From: Callorhinchus milii
Taxonomy: Eukaryota
NCBI RefSeq assembly: GCF_018977255.1
Contig: NW_024704742.1
Location: 39,248,001-39,312,000, forward strand
Length of the DNA stretch: 64,000 bases
Direction: 5' to 3'
Shown: piece after piece, positions 11,090-24,123 of the stretch
Layout of the letters: each line of letters begins with the position of its first letter
Position numbering within the stretch: position 1 is the first letter of the stretch
Translations under genes and position numbers: made by a program
The notes under the pieces: model-generated
Seen by the model: the letters and a program-made list of their open reading frames with translations, nothing else
Told to the model about the DNA's origin: nothing
The model's database searches: none

Positions 11090-11343
11090 ATATATCTAGA
11101 CTGCTGAGGGTAAAAAATAATCCTGGTTTCCACTTCTAATTACTATCTGGAACCAGTGCTATAAAAACTGGATATTGGATGTAGATGATTGGCTGGTTGT
11201 GATACCTTTTATGTCAAGTAGCCTGCTGACATTTGTGGCCTAGACTCATACAGGAACAATAGATACATTGGCGCAATCCCAGTGGCTGCTTGAAATATAT
11301 TCTAGCACGTTTCTTCAGGCCAGGAGCGGTGGACAAAAAAATT
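11090..11343 (+). mobile_element. Ancient LF-SINE-like fragment in the probable ZNF518B 3' UTR
   Basis: Blocks aaaaataatcctggtttcc, gtcaagtagcctgctgaca, ctagactcataca resemble the LF-SINE consensus as recalled and the other copies in this window. Confidence 0.5.
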
Positions 11344-11703
11344 TAACATGGCAGGAAGAGAACTACAAGCTGCAATTTGTTGGAGAAGTGAGTTGGTAAA
11401 AGTGATGCAAAAATAAACCATTGTGGTAGTCAACTGACATCAAAAATGAATAAATGCAGGGGAAAGCTGAATGTTCTGACATAAGACTGTACAAATTAGG
11501 AGGAAATTATTTTGGCAAATACAAATTGCGGAAGAAACGTAAACATGCTTTTTCTAACATTCACATTTGTGACTTCTGTAAGAAGTAAAATTTTTTAGTG
11601 GTTAAAGGTTTGCAGAAATGCAGCTGAACAATTTTAGTAACTTGAAAAAAAAGAGCTATTTTGTGTAAATATTTTAAAACATCGCTTTATAATTTAACTC
11701 ATT

Positions 11704-11777
11704 TAATATTCTTGACTGAAGGTTGGTAACATTTTTAATGTAATATTCTTGACTGAAGGTTGGTAACATTTTTAATG
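11704..11777. repeat. Perfect 37-bp tandem duplication
   Basis: taatattcttgactgaaggttggtaacatttttaatg x2. Confidence 0.95.
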
Positions 11778-11912
11778 TATTTCCATATATTAGACCAGTT
11801 TGTAGTAAATTCATATTTTATCAAGTAGATTAAGCACTAAAATGCATACTAATTGTATTCCAAATGCTGACTATTTGTTGCATACTGTTTGATATTTTGG
11901 AATGTTTCTTTT

Positions 11913-11918
11913 AATAAA
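11913..11918 (+). terminator. Candidate poly(A) signal for ZNF518B
   Basis: AATAAA at the end of an AU-rich 3' region; other AATAAA hexamers at ~11412 and ~11449. Confidence 0.45.
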
Positions 11919-12139
11919 ATTAAAACCTATGAAATTTTCACCATTTTAAAAAATTGTCATTTACTTAACTGTGAATGTCTCATATTCTTAAAGAGCAGTC
12001 ATGTGTAACTATTGCTTATTTCTGTCAGCATATTGATTTTGGAAGTTCTTCATTGAAGTCAATTTTTAATACTGAAGTTTTAGCTCCACTGATGGCCATT
12101 CAGTAAATGTAATGATTGGTGCCTTATTACACCATAATA

Positions 12140-12470
12140 ATGTAAGCTTGCAGCTTTGATTGTTGCTGAAGAAATCAATCTCAGATGGAGCAATAGTTTG
12201 GGGGCGCTGCAATTGGTTTCTGTGCCCTTGGGTTAGGAAGGGGAAAATTATCTAGAGTTCCTACTCAATTTTTATCTCATAACTCTTTCTAAAAAATGTT
12301 CATGTAATGTTCTTCTCTTCTCCTAATTGAATACAGTTCCAATACACTGAGCTCACATATGAAGAATGGTTTCTTGGATGAGTCATTAGGAAGTTATTCT
12401 GCCTGTAGAATGATACCTCAGTAGGAACTTAGTATTTTCAGATAAGGGAAGGATGACAGGAGAAATATGA
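12140..12470 (+). mobile_element. LF-SINE-like fragment
   Basis: gtgcccttgggttaggaaggggaaaatt, gctcacatatgaagaatgg, gcctgtagaatgatacctcag; reverse-complement match to 42270-42700. Confidence 0.55.
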
Positions 12471-12659
12471 AGGGAATGTATTCAAAGCAAAGTTATCTCT
12501 TCAATTTTTGAGTTGTTTTCAAAATTCATTATATTTAGGAGTCAATTTTTAAAAACTTTTTATATACCCATTCTTCGAGTGCTTTCAGAACATACCTAAC
12601 TCAGGCTAGCTGGAAAAGTTTTCTGCATTAGTTTGCCTTAACCTAACCATGAAAAACAG

Positions 12660-14743
12660 AGTTGGCTAAACGCCAACTCTCTGACGACTCCTCCTACATC
12701 CCCCTGGACCATGACCCCACAACTGAACACCAAGCCATCATCACCGCGACAGTCAATGACCTCATCTCCTCTGAAGAGCTTCCTCCCACAGCCTCCAATC
12801 TCATAACCCCCCAGCGACGAGCAGCCCGCCTCTACCTTCTCCCCACGATCCACAAACAGGACTGTCCCGGAAGACCTATTGTTTCAGCCTGTTCCTGCCC
12901 CACCGAACTGATCTCCTCGTATCTGGACTCCATTTTTGCTCCTCTTGTCCCATGCCCTACCAACTTACGTAAGTGACTCTTCTAACGCCCTCCGCCACTT
13001 CAACAGTTTCCAGTTCCCGGGCCCTGACCGTCTCTTATTCACAATGGAAGTTCAGTCCCTCTACACCTCCATCCCCTACTAGGACGGCCTGCAGGCCCTC
13101 TGCTTTCACCTCGAACAGCGGTCTAACCAGTCTCCATCCACCACCACCCTCCTCCCCTGGCGTCTGACATTGAACAACTTCACCTTCAACTCCAACAACT
13201 TCATCCAAGTAAAAGGTGTCGCTATGGGAACCCGCATGGGTCCCAGCTGCGCCTGTCTGTTTGTTGGCCACCTGGAACACTCTTTGTTCTGGGCCTATCC
13301 AGGTCCGCTCCCTGACCTGTTCCTCAGGTACATCGATGGCTGCTTCTTGGTCTCGCAGTGAGCTGGAAAAATTCACCAATTTCGCTTCCACCTTCCACCC
13401 CTCCTTAACATTCATGTGGTCCATCTCCAACTCTTCCCTTCCCTTCTTCGACTTCACCATTTCCATCTTGGGGCATAGATTATCAACAAATATCTTTACA
13501 AGCCCAACAACTCCCACAGCTACCTGGACCACATCTCCTCCCACCCCACCTCCTGTAAAGACTCCATTCCCTTTTTCTAGTTTCTCTACCTCCAGCGTAT
13601 CTACTCTGACGATGCCACCTTTCACGCCGGAGCAGCTGACATGTCTTCCTTTTTCCTCAACTGAGGATTCACATCCACTGTGGTGGACAGGGCCCTTGAC
13701 CGTGTCCGCCTATTTCCCGCAACTCTGCCCTCACCCCTTCCCCCTCTTCCCAGAACCATAATAGGGTACCCTAGTCCTCACTTTCCACCCCGCCAGCCTC
13801 AACATCCAAAAAATAATTCTCCGCCATTTCCTGCGTGATCCAACCACTAAGCATATCTTTTCCTCCCCTCCCCTCTCAGTATTCCGAAGAGACCATTCCC
13901 TCCATGATTCCCTGGTTCATTCCTCCATCACCACCAACAGTTCTTCTCCTCTCCTGGCACCTTCCTATGCAAGCGCAGGAGATGCAATATCTACCCTTTC
14001 ACCTCCTCCCATAACAATGTCCAGGATCCCAAACACAGATTTCAAGTGAGACAGTGATTTACGTGTACTACCACCAATGTAGTTCACTGCATTTGCTGCT
14101 CACAATGTGGTCGTCTCTACATTGGGGAGACGAAATATAGATTGGGTGACCGATTTGACTGATCCGTTCTGTCCACAAGCACAACCCTGAGCTTCTGGTT
14201 TCTTGCCATTTCGACTCTTCCTCCCACTAGCACTCTGACCTCTCCATCCACGGTCTCCTACACTGTTCCAATGAGCCACAAGGCAAGCTCAAGGAACAGC
14301 ACCTCATTTGTCTGCTAGGGACCTTACAGCCTCCTGGCCTCAATATTGATTTCAACAATTTCAGACCATAACAGTTCACATTCCCCCTTCCCCTCTTCTG
14401 TGACCAATACCACATCATCTTGGTCCTAGACACACTTATTCTCTCTCTTTCTGCCTAATTTGTTACAATCTTTCCCCCCCTTTGTCCTGCAGTATTAACA
14501 CCTCTTTAACCCGTCATCTTCTACCCCATTTTCTCCTTTGTCTTCCTTGTCCTACTTCCCCCCTCTCTGTTAACTCTTAAAAGCCTCTCCTTCCCAACAT
14601 GCTTTAGTTCTGACGAAGGGTTGTGGACCCAAAACATTGACTCACTTTCCTTTCTCCATAGATGCTGCCTGACCTGCTGAGTGTTCCCAGCGATTTCTGT
14701 TTTTGTTTTCAGATTTCCAGCATCTGCAGCATTTGAGTTTTGT
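12660..14743 (+). mobile_element. Penelope-like retroelement (RT + GIY-YIG endonuclease), 5'-truncated and frameshifted, with 3' pLTR
   Basis: LYLLPTIHKQDCPGRPIVS, QVKGVAMGTRMGPS, FLRYIDG (RT); NVVHCICCSQCGRLYIGETKYRLGDRF (GIY-YIG) at ~14076-14156. Confidence 0.9.
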
Positions 14744-16119
14744 ACGAAAAATAATGTTGAGACCCAATTACAGAAGAGAGCACTGAGAATGATCCCCAAT
14801 GTTAGAGGAATGAGCTAATAGCACCGGTTAGTCAAACTAGGGAATCTTCAGTCTTGAGGAAAGATTCAGGTCACTGAATATAATTGTATTTAATTAATTT
14901 TTTTACTACAATTGGTTAATTATATATTTTCGGATACCAAGATAATCAAGCTCACAGCTCACAGAGCAATGTGCATGATATAGAAAGATTTAGTTACCAA
15001 TCTGGAGAACAGAATTAGTAGTTATAGGAGTTCTTATGCTTTATCTTTTCTTCTTTGTCTTCGTTTCTTTTCTTTGTGTATTCTTTATTTGTTAGCTTCT
15101 TCTTTCCAGGATCTGTTCCGACTTCGGGCTAATTAGTGCCCTATATTTATACCCATGAATAAACAAGTTTTTCTACTTTTCCTTGTTCTGGTCATTATCA
15201 CAAAGCCATCTGTGCATTGTTCCATGACCAGAAGTCCATCTGGTTATCACACACATTTGTACCATTTCCTTATCTTACCTCTACATACAAAGACTATCTA
15301 CTTACAGATCCTATTTTCGTACAGATCATCTGTTACACACTTTTTTCATCACAATTACAATGGACATGGTTAAGGATGTCAAAAGTATTTACAAGTCACA
15401 TTCACACATTACTCATTAAGAATGCTGACACTTAGGTTACCAACAGCAAAGGTTACACAGAGTTACAAATGATCAGCAGTTTTCCATTGTACTGCTTAGT
15501 AAAACGTGCATTCCCATGATACTTTATTCTTATGTCAAAAAACTCTTCCATGATGCTTCAACTGTGCACTCATCATTAATTAATCCTGTTCACTCTTCAC
15601 TGATTCCACTCTACTAACCTCTTTAAAATCACATATCCTTAGTGCACACAACTATATTCCTTTCACTGTTCATTAACTGAATAACTAAACCTTGATCTCC
15701 TTGGACTTTGATGGGGACAGTGATATTCTCGCCTCTTTCAAGTCTTCAAGGATATTATTTTCATGCCTCTTGCAAATGCAAGTAGCTTTTGCAAAAATTG
15801 TAACCGTTACCTTTTGGCTTAATTTCTAGTCTTTCTTCAGCCATTGGATTCTTGATTTTGCTATTTTCTTTGAGAAGAAATGGAACTCTTATGTCTTAAA
15901 TGTTAAAGATGCCTACCAAGAAATTCAGTTCTGATTCACTATAGTCCCACTGCCAGATATTGACCTGTCCATAGAATAAACAAAGCTGTTCATAGGATAT
16001 TGTGTGTATTGACTGTCGTATTTGCTAACAAATGTACAAACACTACACTTTGAAGTCACTACAGAAAACCTTGAGATGTTTCAACATGTTAAGGAGTTAC
16101 ATCAAATACAAAGAATATA

Positions 16120-16320
16120 ATGGAGAAAGGAAAGTGAGTCAATGTTTCGGGTCCACGACCCTTCGTCAGAACATTGACAAAGGGTTCTTACGAAGGGTCA
16201 TGGACACGAAACGTTGAATCACTTTCCTTTCTCCATAGATGTTGCCTGACCTGCTGGGTGTTTCCAGCGACCTCTGTTTTTTTTTCAGATTTCCAGCATC
16301 TGCAGTATCTTGCGTTTTGT
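16120..16320. mobile_element. Penelope pLTR-derived palindromic element
   Basis: 53-bp inverted arms 16120-16172 / 16184-16236, homologous to 14607-14743. Confidence 0.85.
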
Positions 16321-16490
16321 TTTTACAAGGAATATAATCATTGCAAATATTTCAGATATTCTTACGCATTATTAACTATATGAAGTCCAATGCATCCAAA
16401 ACACTGTTTCAATATCTGGGATGTACTAACACCTCTCGCATTCCTGAAAAAGGTGTAAGAACAGGCTTCAGATCTGATAGATCACTACCT

Positions 16491-16611
16491 TAATAATAAT
16501 AATAATAATAATCCTTGCATTTGATATAGCGCTTTTCACGTCGGGAGGACGTCCCAAAGCGCTTCACAGAACATACTGTAAAGTGAATTGACTGTATATT
16601 TGTGGGCGAAA
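16491..16611 (-). mobile_element. tRNA/Deu-SINE 3' fragment
   Basis: (AAT)n-ccttgcatttgatatagcgcttttcacgtc tail on +. Confidence 0.85.
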
Positions 16612-18049
16612 TACTTCCCCTTCTAACCTCCAATCTTTATTTTTTACAATCTTTCTTGTTTTCCTTCATTTTATCAATGGTACTATAGTCATTGCTCCTT
16701 TCCTCTGATGAGATTTACTACATTGAAAAATCTGTTGTTCCTCCCAAGCTCCAAATATCTCTTATCTACATACGCACTGCGTCAATATTTATTCCAAAAT
16801 CTATTTCAACTCTTTTTTCCCAAGGACCTCAATCCTTGGAACTTCTTTCCTTCCTACCTCCCATTAATCTGCTTGTCTTTATCTAACCACTACATTATGT
16901 ATCACCTCTCTGCTGGTCGTTCAACCATAGAATGTATTGCAATATGCAATATGGACATTGACTCCTTATGTGGTTCTATCACTTATTTTTTAAATGAAAG
17001 GTTGGATTTCACTTAAACTACTCTCTCAGGTCTAAAAATGAAATGCAAACATGTTATTCATTGTAATGACAGACTTTGGACCTTTACAAGAAAGACCTGT
17101 TTAAGATATTGTTGATTTCTAAGGAATTGGTGGTCCCAATCTAATTGAAAAAGAAACTCCAGAGTATTTTATAGATTACTTGCAAAGGTCATCAGCCATG
17201 GATCCTTCAACAAAACGAGTTATGTCTCTTGTCATTTCAGCTGGTATATTTTAGTCTTTAACACTTCCATTGTCTAGTTACCCATGGGAACAATATAAAT
17301 GCCAACATGACCCGAATTAATCACAAAGAGAGTTTCTTTACAAACCTGCATCTGAATGTAATAAATAGCCTTTCTTAGCTAATTAAAATGAGTAATTGTT
17401 TTTTTAATAACTTGCAGTAGGCTGTCACACTGCTTGGCAAAATCCATTTGTCCAAATGATAATTTATCCAAGTCCTTTGTTGACACCATTTGGTTATATT
17501 TCAGTTATGCTTACATAATCACTGTTATATGTAGCTAATAATAGTTCAATTAGCACAGGCATCTTTAAAAACCTCAGGAATATGCTGTTGTGATTTACAA
17601 TCTAACTTATCAGAAGGGGTATATGGTCTGCATTTTTTGGAAGAGGAGTAAGAGGAGATATTTGAGAATTTATTTCCTTTTAAAATGATTATAGTGGTAG
17701 ATGAAAGCCATGTAAATGAATTATTCTTGCTCAGTGTCCACCATTGCTATTGTTAAGATGATTTGAGTTGACCTTTAATGTGAATCCTTTCATATAAACA
17801 AAACTTATTTATGTGAGTATTCCACATTAGAGAAAAAAAAGCGCATTTTCCCCACAAAGTAAATGATCAACTAATCGATCAACTACATCAAAAATAACTG
17901 GATAAGTATTTTCTGAAGAGCAATATTGTATGATATAGGAATAGCTGCATACTGAAATAAACTGGGGCCAGGGGTTCTTCCCACCCAGCTCTTGTTAACC
18001 CAGCAAGCCAAAGTCCTAAAGGATAGAGTGATCCTAAAGGGTAGAGTGT

Positions 18050-18240
18050 GGAGTCCTGTAGCTCAGTAGTTAGAGCACTTGCCTTGCAAGCGAGACACCT
18101 GGGTTCAATTCCAGGCAGGGCGAAACCTTGGGCAACTTTCCTTACTCCAATCGCCTAATAATAATCCCTCCAAAACAATAACAAAAATTGGTCATTTTCA
18201 ATCCACGACTGTTTGTGGGACACTGCTGTGCGCAATTGGC
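18050..18240 (+). mobile_element. tRNA/Deu-SINE 5' half
   Basis: A box tagctcagtag, B box ggttcaattcc, Deu core ending at caattggc. Confidence 0.85.
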
Positions 18241-19138
18241 GGATGACACAAAACTAGGAGGAAGTGCCAACACAGAGGACGACATTAAAAAAATGCAGCG
18301 AGACATAGATAGGTTAGGTGATTGAGCAGGTAGGTGGCAGATGAAGTATAACGTAGGGAAGTGCGAAGTCATCCATCTAGGTAGCAAAAACAGTAGAGCG
18401 GGTTATTTTTTAGAAGGGGAGAGATTGGAATGCGTTAGCGTCCAGAGGGACTTGGGTGTCCTTGTACACCAATCATAGAAAGTTAGTCTGCAGGTGCAGC
18501 AGCAATTAGGAAGGCGAATGGTATGTTAGCATTCATTATGAAAGGATTAGAGTATAAGAGTAGGGAAGTCTTCTGCAACTGCATACTGTGTCCAGTTTGG
18601 TCTCCTCATTTAAGGAAGGACGTACTTGCCTTGGAGGGGCTGCAGCGTAGATTTACCAGGTTACTACCAGGGATGAAGGGGTTGAGTTACGAGGATAAGC
18701 TGACCAATTTGGGCCTATATTCTCTAGAATATAGAAGAAGTAGAGGGGATCTTATAGAAACCTATAAGATCATCAAAAGGCATGATAGAGTAGATAGTGG
18801 GAGATTGTTTCCCCTGGTTGGAGAAACTAAAACCAGGGGTCACAACCTTAAAATCAGAGGCCAGCCCTGTCGCACTGAGTTGAGGAAGAACTTCTTCACT
18901 CAAAGGGTGGTGAATGTATGGAACTCACTACTCCAAAGGGCTGTTGACGCTCAGTCCTTGAACATATTCAAGATTGTGATAGATAGATTTATTATTGCAA
19001 AAGGGATTAAGGGATATGGGGATAAGGCAGGGTCAGGTTATTAGCTGGAGTTAGATTAGAAGATCAGCTATGATTGAATGGCGGGGCAGGCTCGAAGGGC
19101 TGAATGGCCTACTCCTGCTCCTAAATGTTATGTTATGT
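18239..19138 (+). mobile_element. CR1 LINE 3' fragment
   Basis: ADDTKLGG..MQRDIDRL..WQMKYNVGKCEVIHLG; RGDLIETYKII; TRGHNLKI; FFTQRVVNVWNSL; (ATGTT)n tail. Confidence 0.9.
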
Positions 19139-22100
19139 TGCCATCCTGTGCCTAATACTCACCAGAATTGGGTAAGTGGGATGTGTTCCTCTAGGGAGAC
19201 AATGCAAAGGTTCATGAGTAGGTGGTATGCATGGAACTTTCAGTCTGATTTGGATTTTGCATGTGTCAGATGGCCGGCTGACCAAAACAAAGCAAATAAG
19301 CAAATGCTTCACGGGACATGATCATTTATGTGCTGCAGTAGCTGGAGTGAAGGTCAGGTGGGGAGGATGTAGCTTGTCTATGGAAAGAAGAAGGCCAGGG
19401 TTGAGTTGTGGAGATGTGGTGATAAAAGTATGCATATATCTCTTTTTTTCTCTCCCAGTTAACAGCAACATGGCCTGTTTTGCAACATAATATTCTGCTG
19501 AGTGTGGGAACAGTATTAATGCAGCAGACAAGCCAAATGAGTAACTGGAGAAATGGTGTGCAAGTGAAAATGCACTAATTAGAAAAGATATTGTGTTTCT
19601 TTTAAAGGAATATATCCTCTTATCCCAGTCTTCCAGGAGTTTCTTGCAATCTTAGACATTTATGACCATATAGGAAAGTACCTTTCTAAACTTCCAACAG
19701 CCTGGAAGTGTTTTTGCTTTTTTTCATAAATGTAAGTTGAAGATGCATGTAAATTAAATTAATGTTAATGTAAAGTTAATATTCTCTGGCATTATCTTGA
19801 ATTTAGTGAATAAAATATTACATTGCTGCAGACTAGTACATATAATTATGATGTGTTGTACATGCAATTGCCTTGTCCTGCACTATGGTAATTCTGTACA
19901 AGAAAAAGGAGACGCTGCACCACCTATTTTTTTTACGAGTCTGACCCTTGCCCTTTCCCTCTGGCAATCAGTGAGTTTGTTGACCTCGACTTATTTCTTT
20001 AATTGATTAACAAAGTAATTGCTGTCTTCTGTTACACTCATTGTTCTTCTCAAGCTTGTGCAATGGCACTAATACTGTGCTGAGATTTTATCAAAATGGC
20101 CACAGAAATGTTGCACAACTGTGGTAACTCTGCGAACAACTCTGGTATTAGTATAAAAGACATCACTACTTGGTTTCATAGCATCTTTGCTTAACACCAA
20201 CAAGAATAACTGCCGCTGTTGTTTATTGTCATGTACAATATTTCTGTTCATATATGGCTGTAACAGACTTCAATCATAAATATGACTCTTACCTTTCCCC
20301 CTATCCTGTAAGGATTAATTTAAATTTGTGACCCTGGGGTGAAGTAAGGACTAACACAAATGTTATACAAAAATATAGATGTTTATTAATTCAGATCAGT
20401 AATAGTCATAAGTAATTAAAAGATTGCATTATAATAATGCTTACTTATCGACGCATAGTTCACAATGATTTAGTTGACCTAACCAAATACTGCGGAAGAG
20501 ATTTAGTAGCAATGTCCAATTTAATGTCCATTTTAATGTGCCTTTTTAATCCATGTATACATATATATATCCATCCAAAGGTATCCAAGTATTGTTGTAC
20601 TTTTCTCAGTTCGATCACCCAAAAGTATCCAGGTATTATTATATGTTGAATTCGATCACTTGAAATTTCAGGTATGATGGCACGTCCAATTCTGTTAATG
20701 GCGCATCCAATTCGATCCTCTCCTTCTTGAATTCCTTCTTCTTATTCTCTTCTGAATCGATCTCCGCTTATACAGTTTGTTAAGTGGCCTTTCACCTCTT
20801 GTATTTTGCAAAATGGTTCCTTTGTGAAAAAAAATACAACACAGCTCTCTCCAGCCGCAGACCATTTTTCCATGAGAAAATGACTGATAAGGACTGAAAA
20901 CAGTTTGTTGTTTATAAAGAGTCTTTTGTTTCTCCTCCTTGAGAAAGGATTTTCTTCAAAGTTAGTCACAACCAACTCCCCTCATATGAGATTGATATGT
21001 TTCAAATAGATACTAACTTTGCAAATATAATTTGAGATATTATTTAATACATTAATTACAGAATCTTACAACCCCATTCAGGTAATGGGTAGCAGACACA
21101 GACTACAGGTGTAGTTTATATATTCATTATGCATATTACAACTTCATGATAGGTTTCAATAATATAATAGAACGTAATTCCACTGAACACAAATCAATGT
21201 ACAATACTATGTGCTGTAGCACCAACCAAAAGTTTGTGACTCAAAAATAAGCTCTTGTAACAGGCAGCTGGTGTGATTTGCAAGATTTTCAAAAAGATTT
21301 TTTATAGAGAGTTCCAAATGTGTCGCAGGTCACCCATCTGAAACTCCATTTTGACACAAATCTCAGTTTTGTGTTCCATTGAGTAGAGTTGAGTTCTAGA
21401 GAGTTGGCTATCACATCTCCAGGATTTGTTATCCACAAATCTTTTTCTGAGTCTTACAATTTAGATCCCACAGTTGTCAATGGTCTTGTTTTTGGTTGGT
21501 TTAATTTGCATTCTCATAGCAAAGTTTTGGAGAAAATGGTGAACCATAAGATTGAGCTGAATGAAAAATAGTCAAATGTGTGGATCAAGTGTCAGTAGGT
21601 AACGACAACTAAAGTGGGTGAACATGTGTTTGACATAACCATGAGATCATGGCTCAGATAGGGATATCAACAGTGTTATATTTAATAAAACCAAGAACAG
21701 TCCCTCGTGTGTCAAAAAAGGGAAACAATTGGAGATGAGGAGATAGGGGTGAAGCTTTGTTCTGGTTGACTGCAGCCAATTGGTAGAAATGTCCTTAACA
21801 ACTGCATCAACTATTTTACGTACTACAGTACATTGTTTCAACTTTACATCCGTATACGTTTGGAATAATTGATCTACGTGGTTGCATACATCGTGCTACA
21901 AAGATGCATTTCGCATCTGTGTACAGTGAAACAAATAACATAATAAACATATCTTCACTGACACATTAGAAATAAGTAAAGACCTTGGTTGAAATTAATC
22001 ACCGTACAATTCTGAACAGTTAAAAAAAATTGTGAAGAACATATAAATCAAAGTAAAGTTTCAAAGGAAACAATAACTTTTTTTAGCTAAGCAGACAATA

Positions 22101-23609
22101 TTGCATTATCAGTTAGGATCATTTGGAGCATGTTAGATATTGCATCCATACATGTTCTGTCTTCTGACAAAACACAAACTTGAGTTGAATACTTATATAT
22201 AGGCATCATCTGTGTCATAACAATGGACAGCATAGCGTAAGGTACATTCATATTCATTTGGATCACTGTTGCTGAGAAAATTTGTATTTCTCACATGGGA
22301 TATTGAAAATGGCATCACTTTTTGTAAGCTTTTGTGAGCTTTTTAGCGTTGGAGGTATCGCCAAAGGTTCCCACAGTTGGTGGTAGTTGCTGTGAGGTTC
22401 ACTAATGCTGAAAGGGGAAAAATGGCCAAAGCTAATATTCAAGGCATGAATTAGATGAATCAACACAGTTATTTAAATGAGAGCTACAGTTTGATAATGT
22501 GCAAATACCTAACTATTATTTACTTTGCCAGATAACCCAATACATACATTGCACAAAATTATTGATGGTCAACCAATGCCTGCCTAATCATTGATCATTC
22601 CCACTTTGGGTCAAAGAACAATGGTAATGCAATGGTACCTTATCTACTGTACCAATTTTTAGCAGAAATCTACACTTATCCACTGAAGCCATGTAAATGT
22701 CTTGAAGTTCTTTTTGGTACAAACTGAACTAGTGTGATGAGTGTCGACCTTACCACATGCACATGCCACCAGTTGCCCTTGACACACTAAGAAAATGTTT
22801 AGTCAATTATGACATCCCAGCTACCATATCTTGCTTAAGAGTACACACTAAAATTATGTGTCATGTTATGTGATTCTTTTCAGTACAGTATTTCCAATTT
22901 GAAAATAAATAATGCTTATTTAAAAAATGTTTAATTCTGTCTAGAAACATAACATTCTTTCTCCATTCTTTGTTTAAATTGCTGCTGCACCTGGTTTAGT
23001 TTGGAGTGCTACCATAAGGTTGTTTCGACATTCAAATATTTGGAATTGTAATCTGCACAGAAAGTCTAAATGAATTTCCACACAATTAGAATATATCACA
23101 GATTCTGGATGATTTATAAAAGGTTTGACTAAAGCTGACTAGAAACATTCAAATTATTAGAGAATTACATTAGAATCTGATTTGTGCTATGCCTTGAGGA
23201 TTTCATAATAAGGACTCTGGAATGTGCAAATGAAAATCTTTCTAAATCCCGTTGAATACAGCCCTGATTCTACTTCTAAATAGAATTCCCTCAAGTCTGA
23301 GTGAATGGGAACTTGAATTAGGAAATATTACAAGCTAGATCCCAATATTATAAGAAAATTCCAATATCATCAAAATTTCCTAAAATATTTGTTTGCAGAT
23401 ATTATTAGGATTGACTGACAAAACATAGAAGCTGCTGAAAAGGAGAGTACCCAAGTACACTATTGATTTACCTAAGGTATACTCTTAAACATTGTTGAAA
23501 ACTAATACAAGGCAAGCATTGCATGCAGGTCTATATTCACCAGCTAGGAATAGATCTTTTACTGGAATGTATCAAGATTATCTTTAGGACATGTCTCCAC
23601 AGGTCTATT

Positions 23610-23930
23610 GGAGTCCTATAGCTCAGTGGTTAGAGCACTCGCTTTGTAAGGGAGAGACGTGAGTTCAATTCCAGGCAGGTCAGGGTGAAACCTTGGGCAA
23701 GTTTCCTTACTCCACACAGAGCCTAATAATAATCCCTCCAAAACCAAAAACAATAATAAATTGGTCATTTTCAATCCACGACTGTTTGTGGGACATTGCT
23801 GTGCGCAATTGGCTGCCGCGCTCCCCCACAAATATACAGTCAATTCACTTTACAGTATATTCTGTGAAGCGCTTTGGGACGTCCTCCCGACGTGAAAAGC
23901 GCTATATCAAGTGCAACAATTATTATTATT
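23610..23930 (+). mobile_element. Full-length tRNA/Deu-SINE (SINE2-type)
   Basis: tRNA-like head with A/B boxes, Deu core, L2-like hairpin tail, (ATT)n. Confidence 0.9.
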
Positions 23931-24123
23931 AGTATCATTATAATAATGTTGATGTCAGTAAACAAGAAATGTATGTTTAGTTATAATATGAGAAAATGTT
24001 TTTTTCTTGAATTAGCAAATTGTATTTTTTCATTGCCTTTGAAAGTAATAAAAATTAAGCACAGCTATGAAACACACTCACAAATAGATGGACATAACAA
24101 TCGGTTTCCCCTAAACAAAATAA

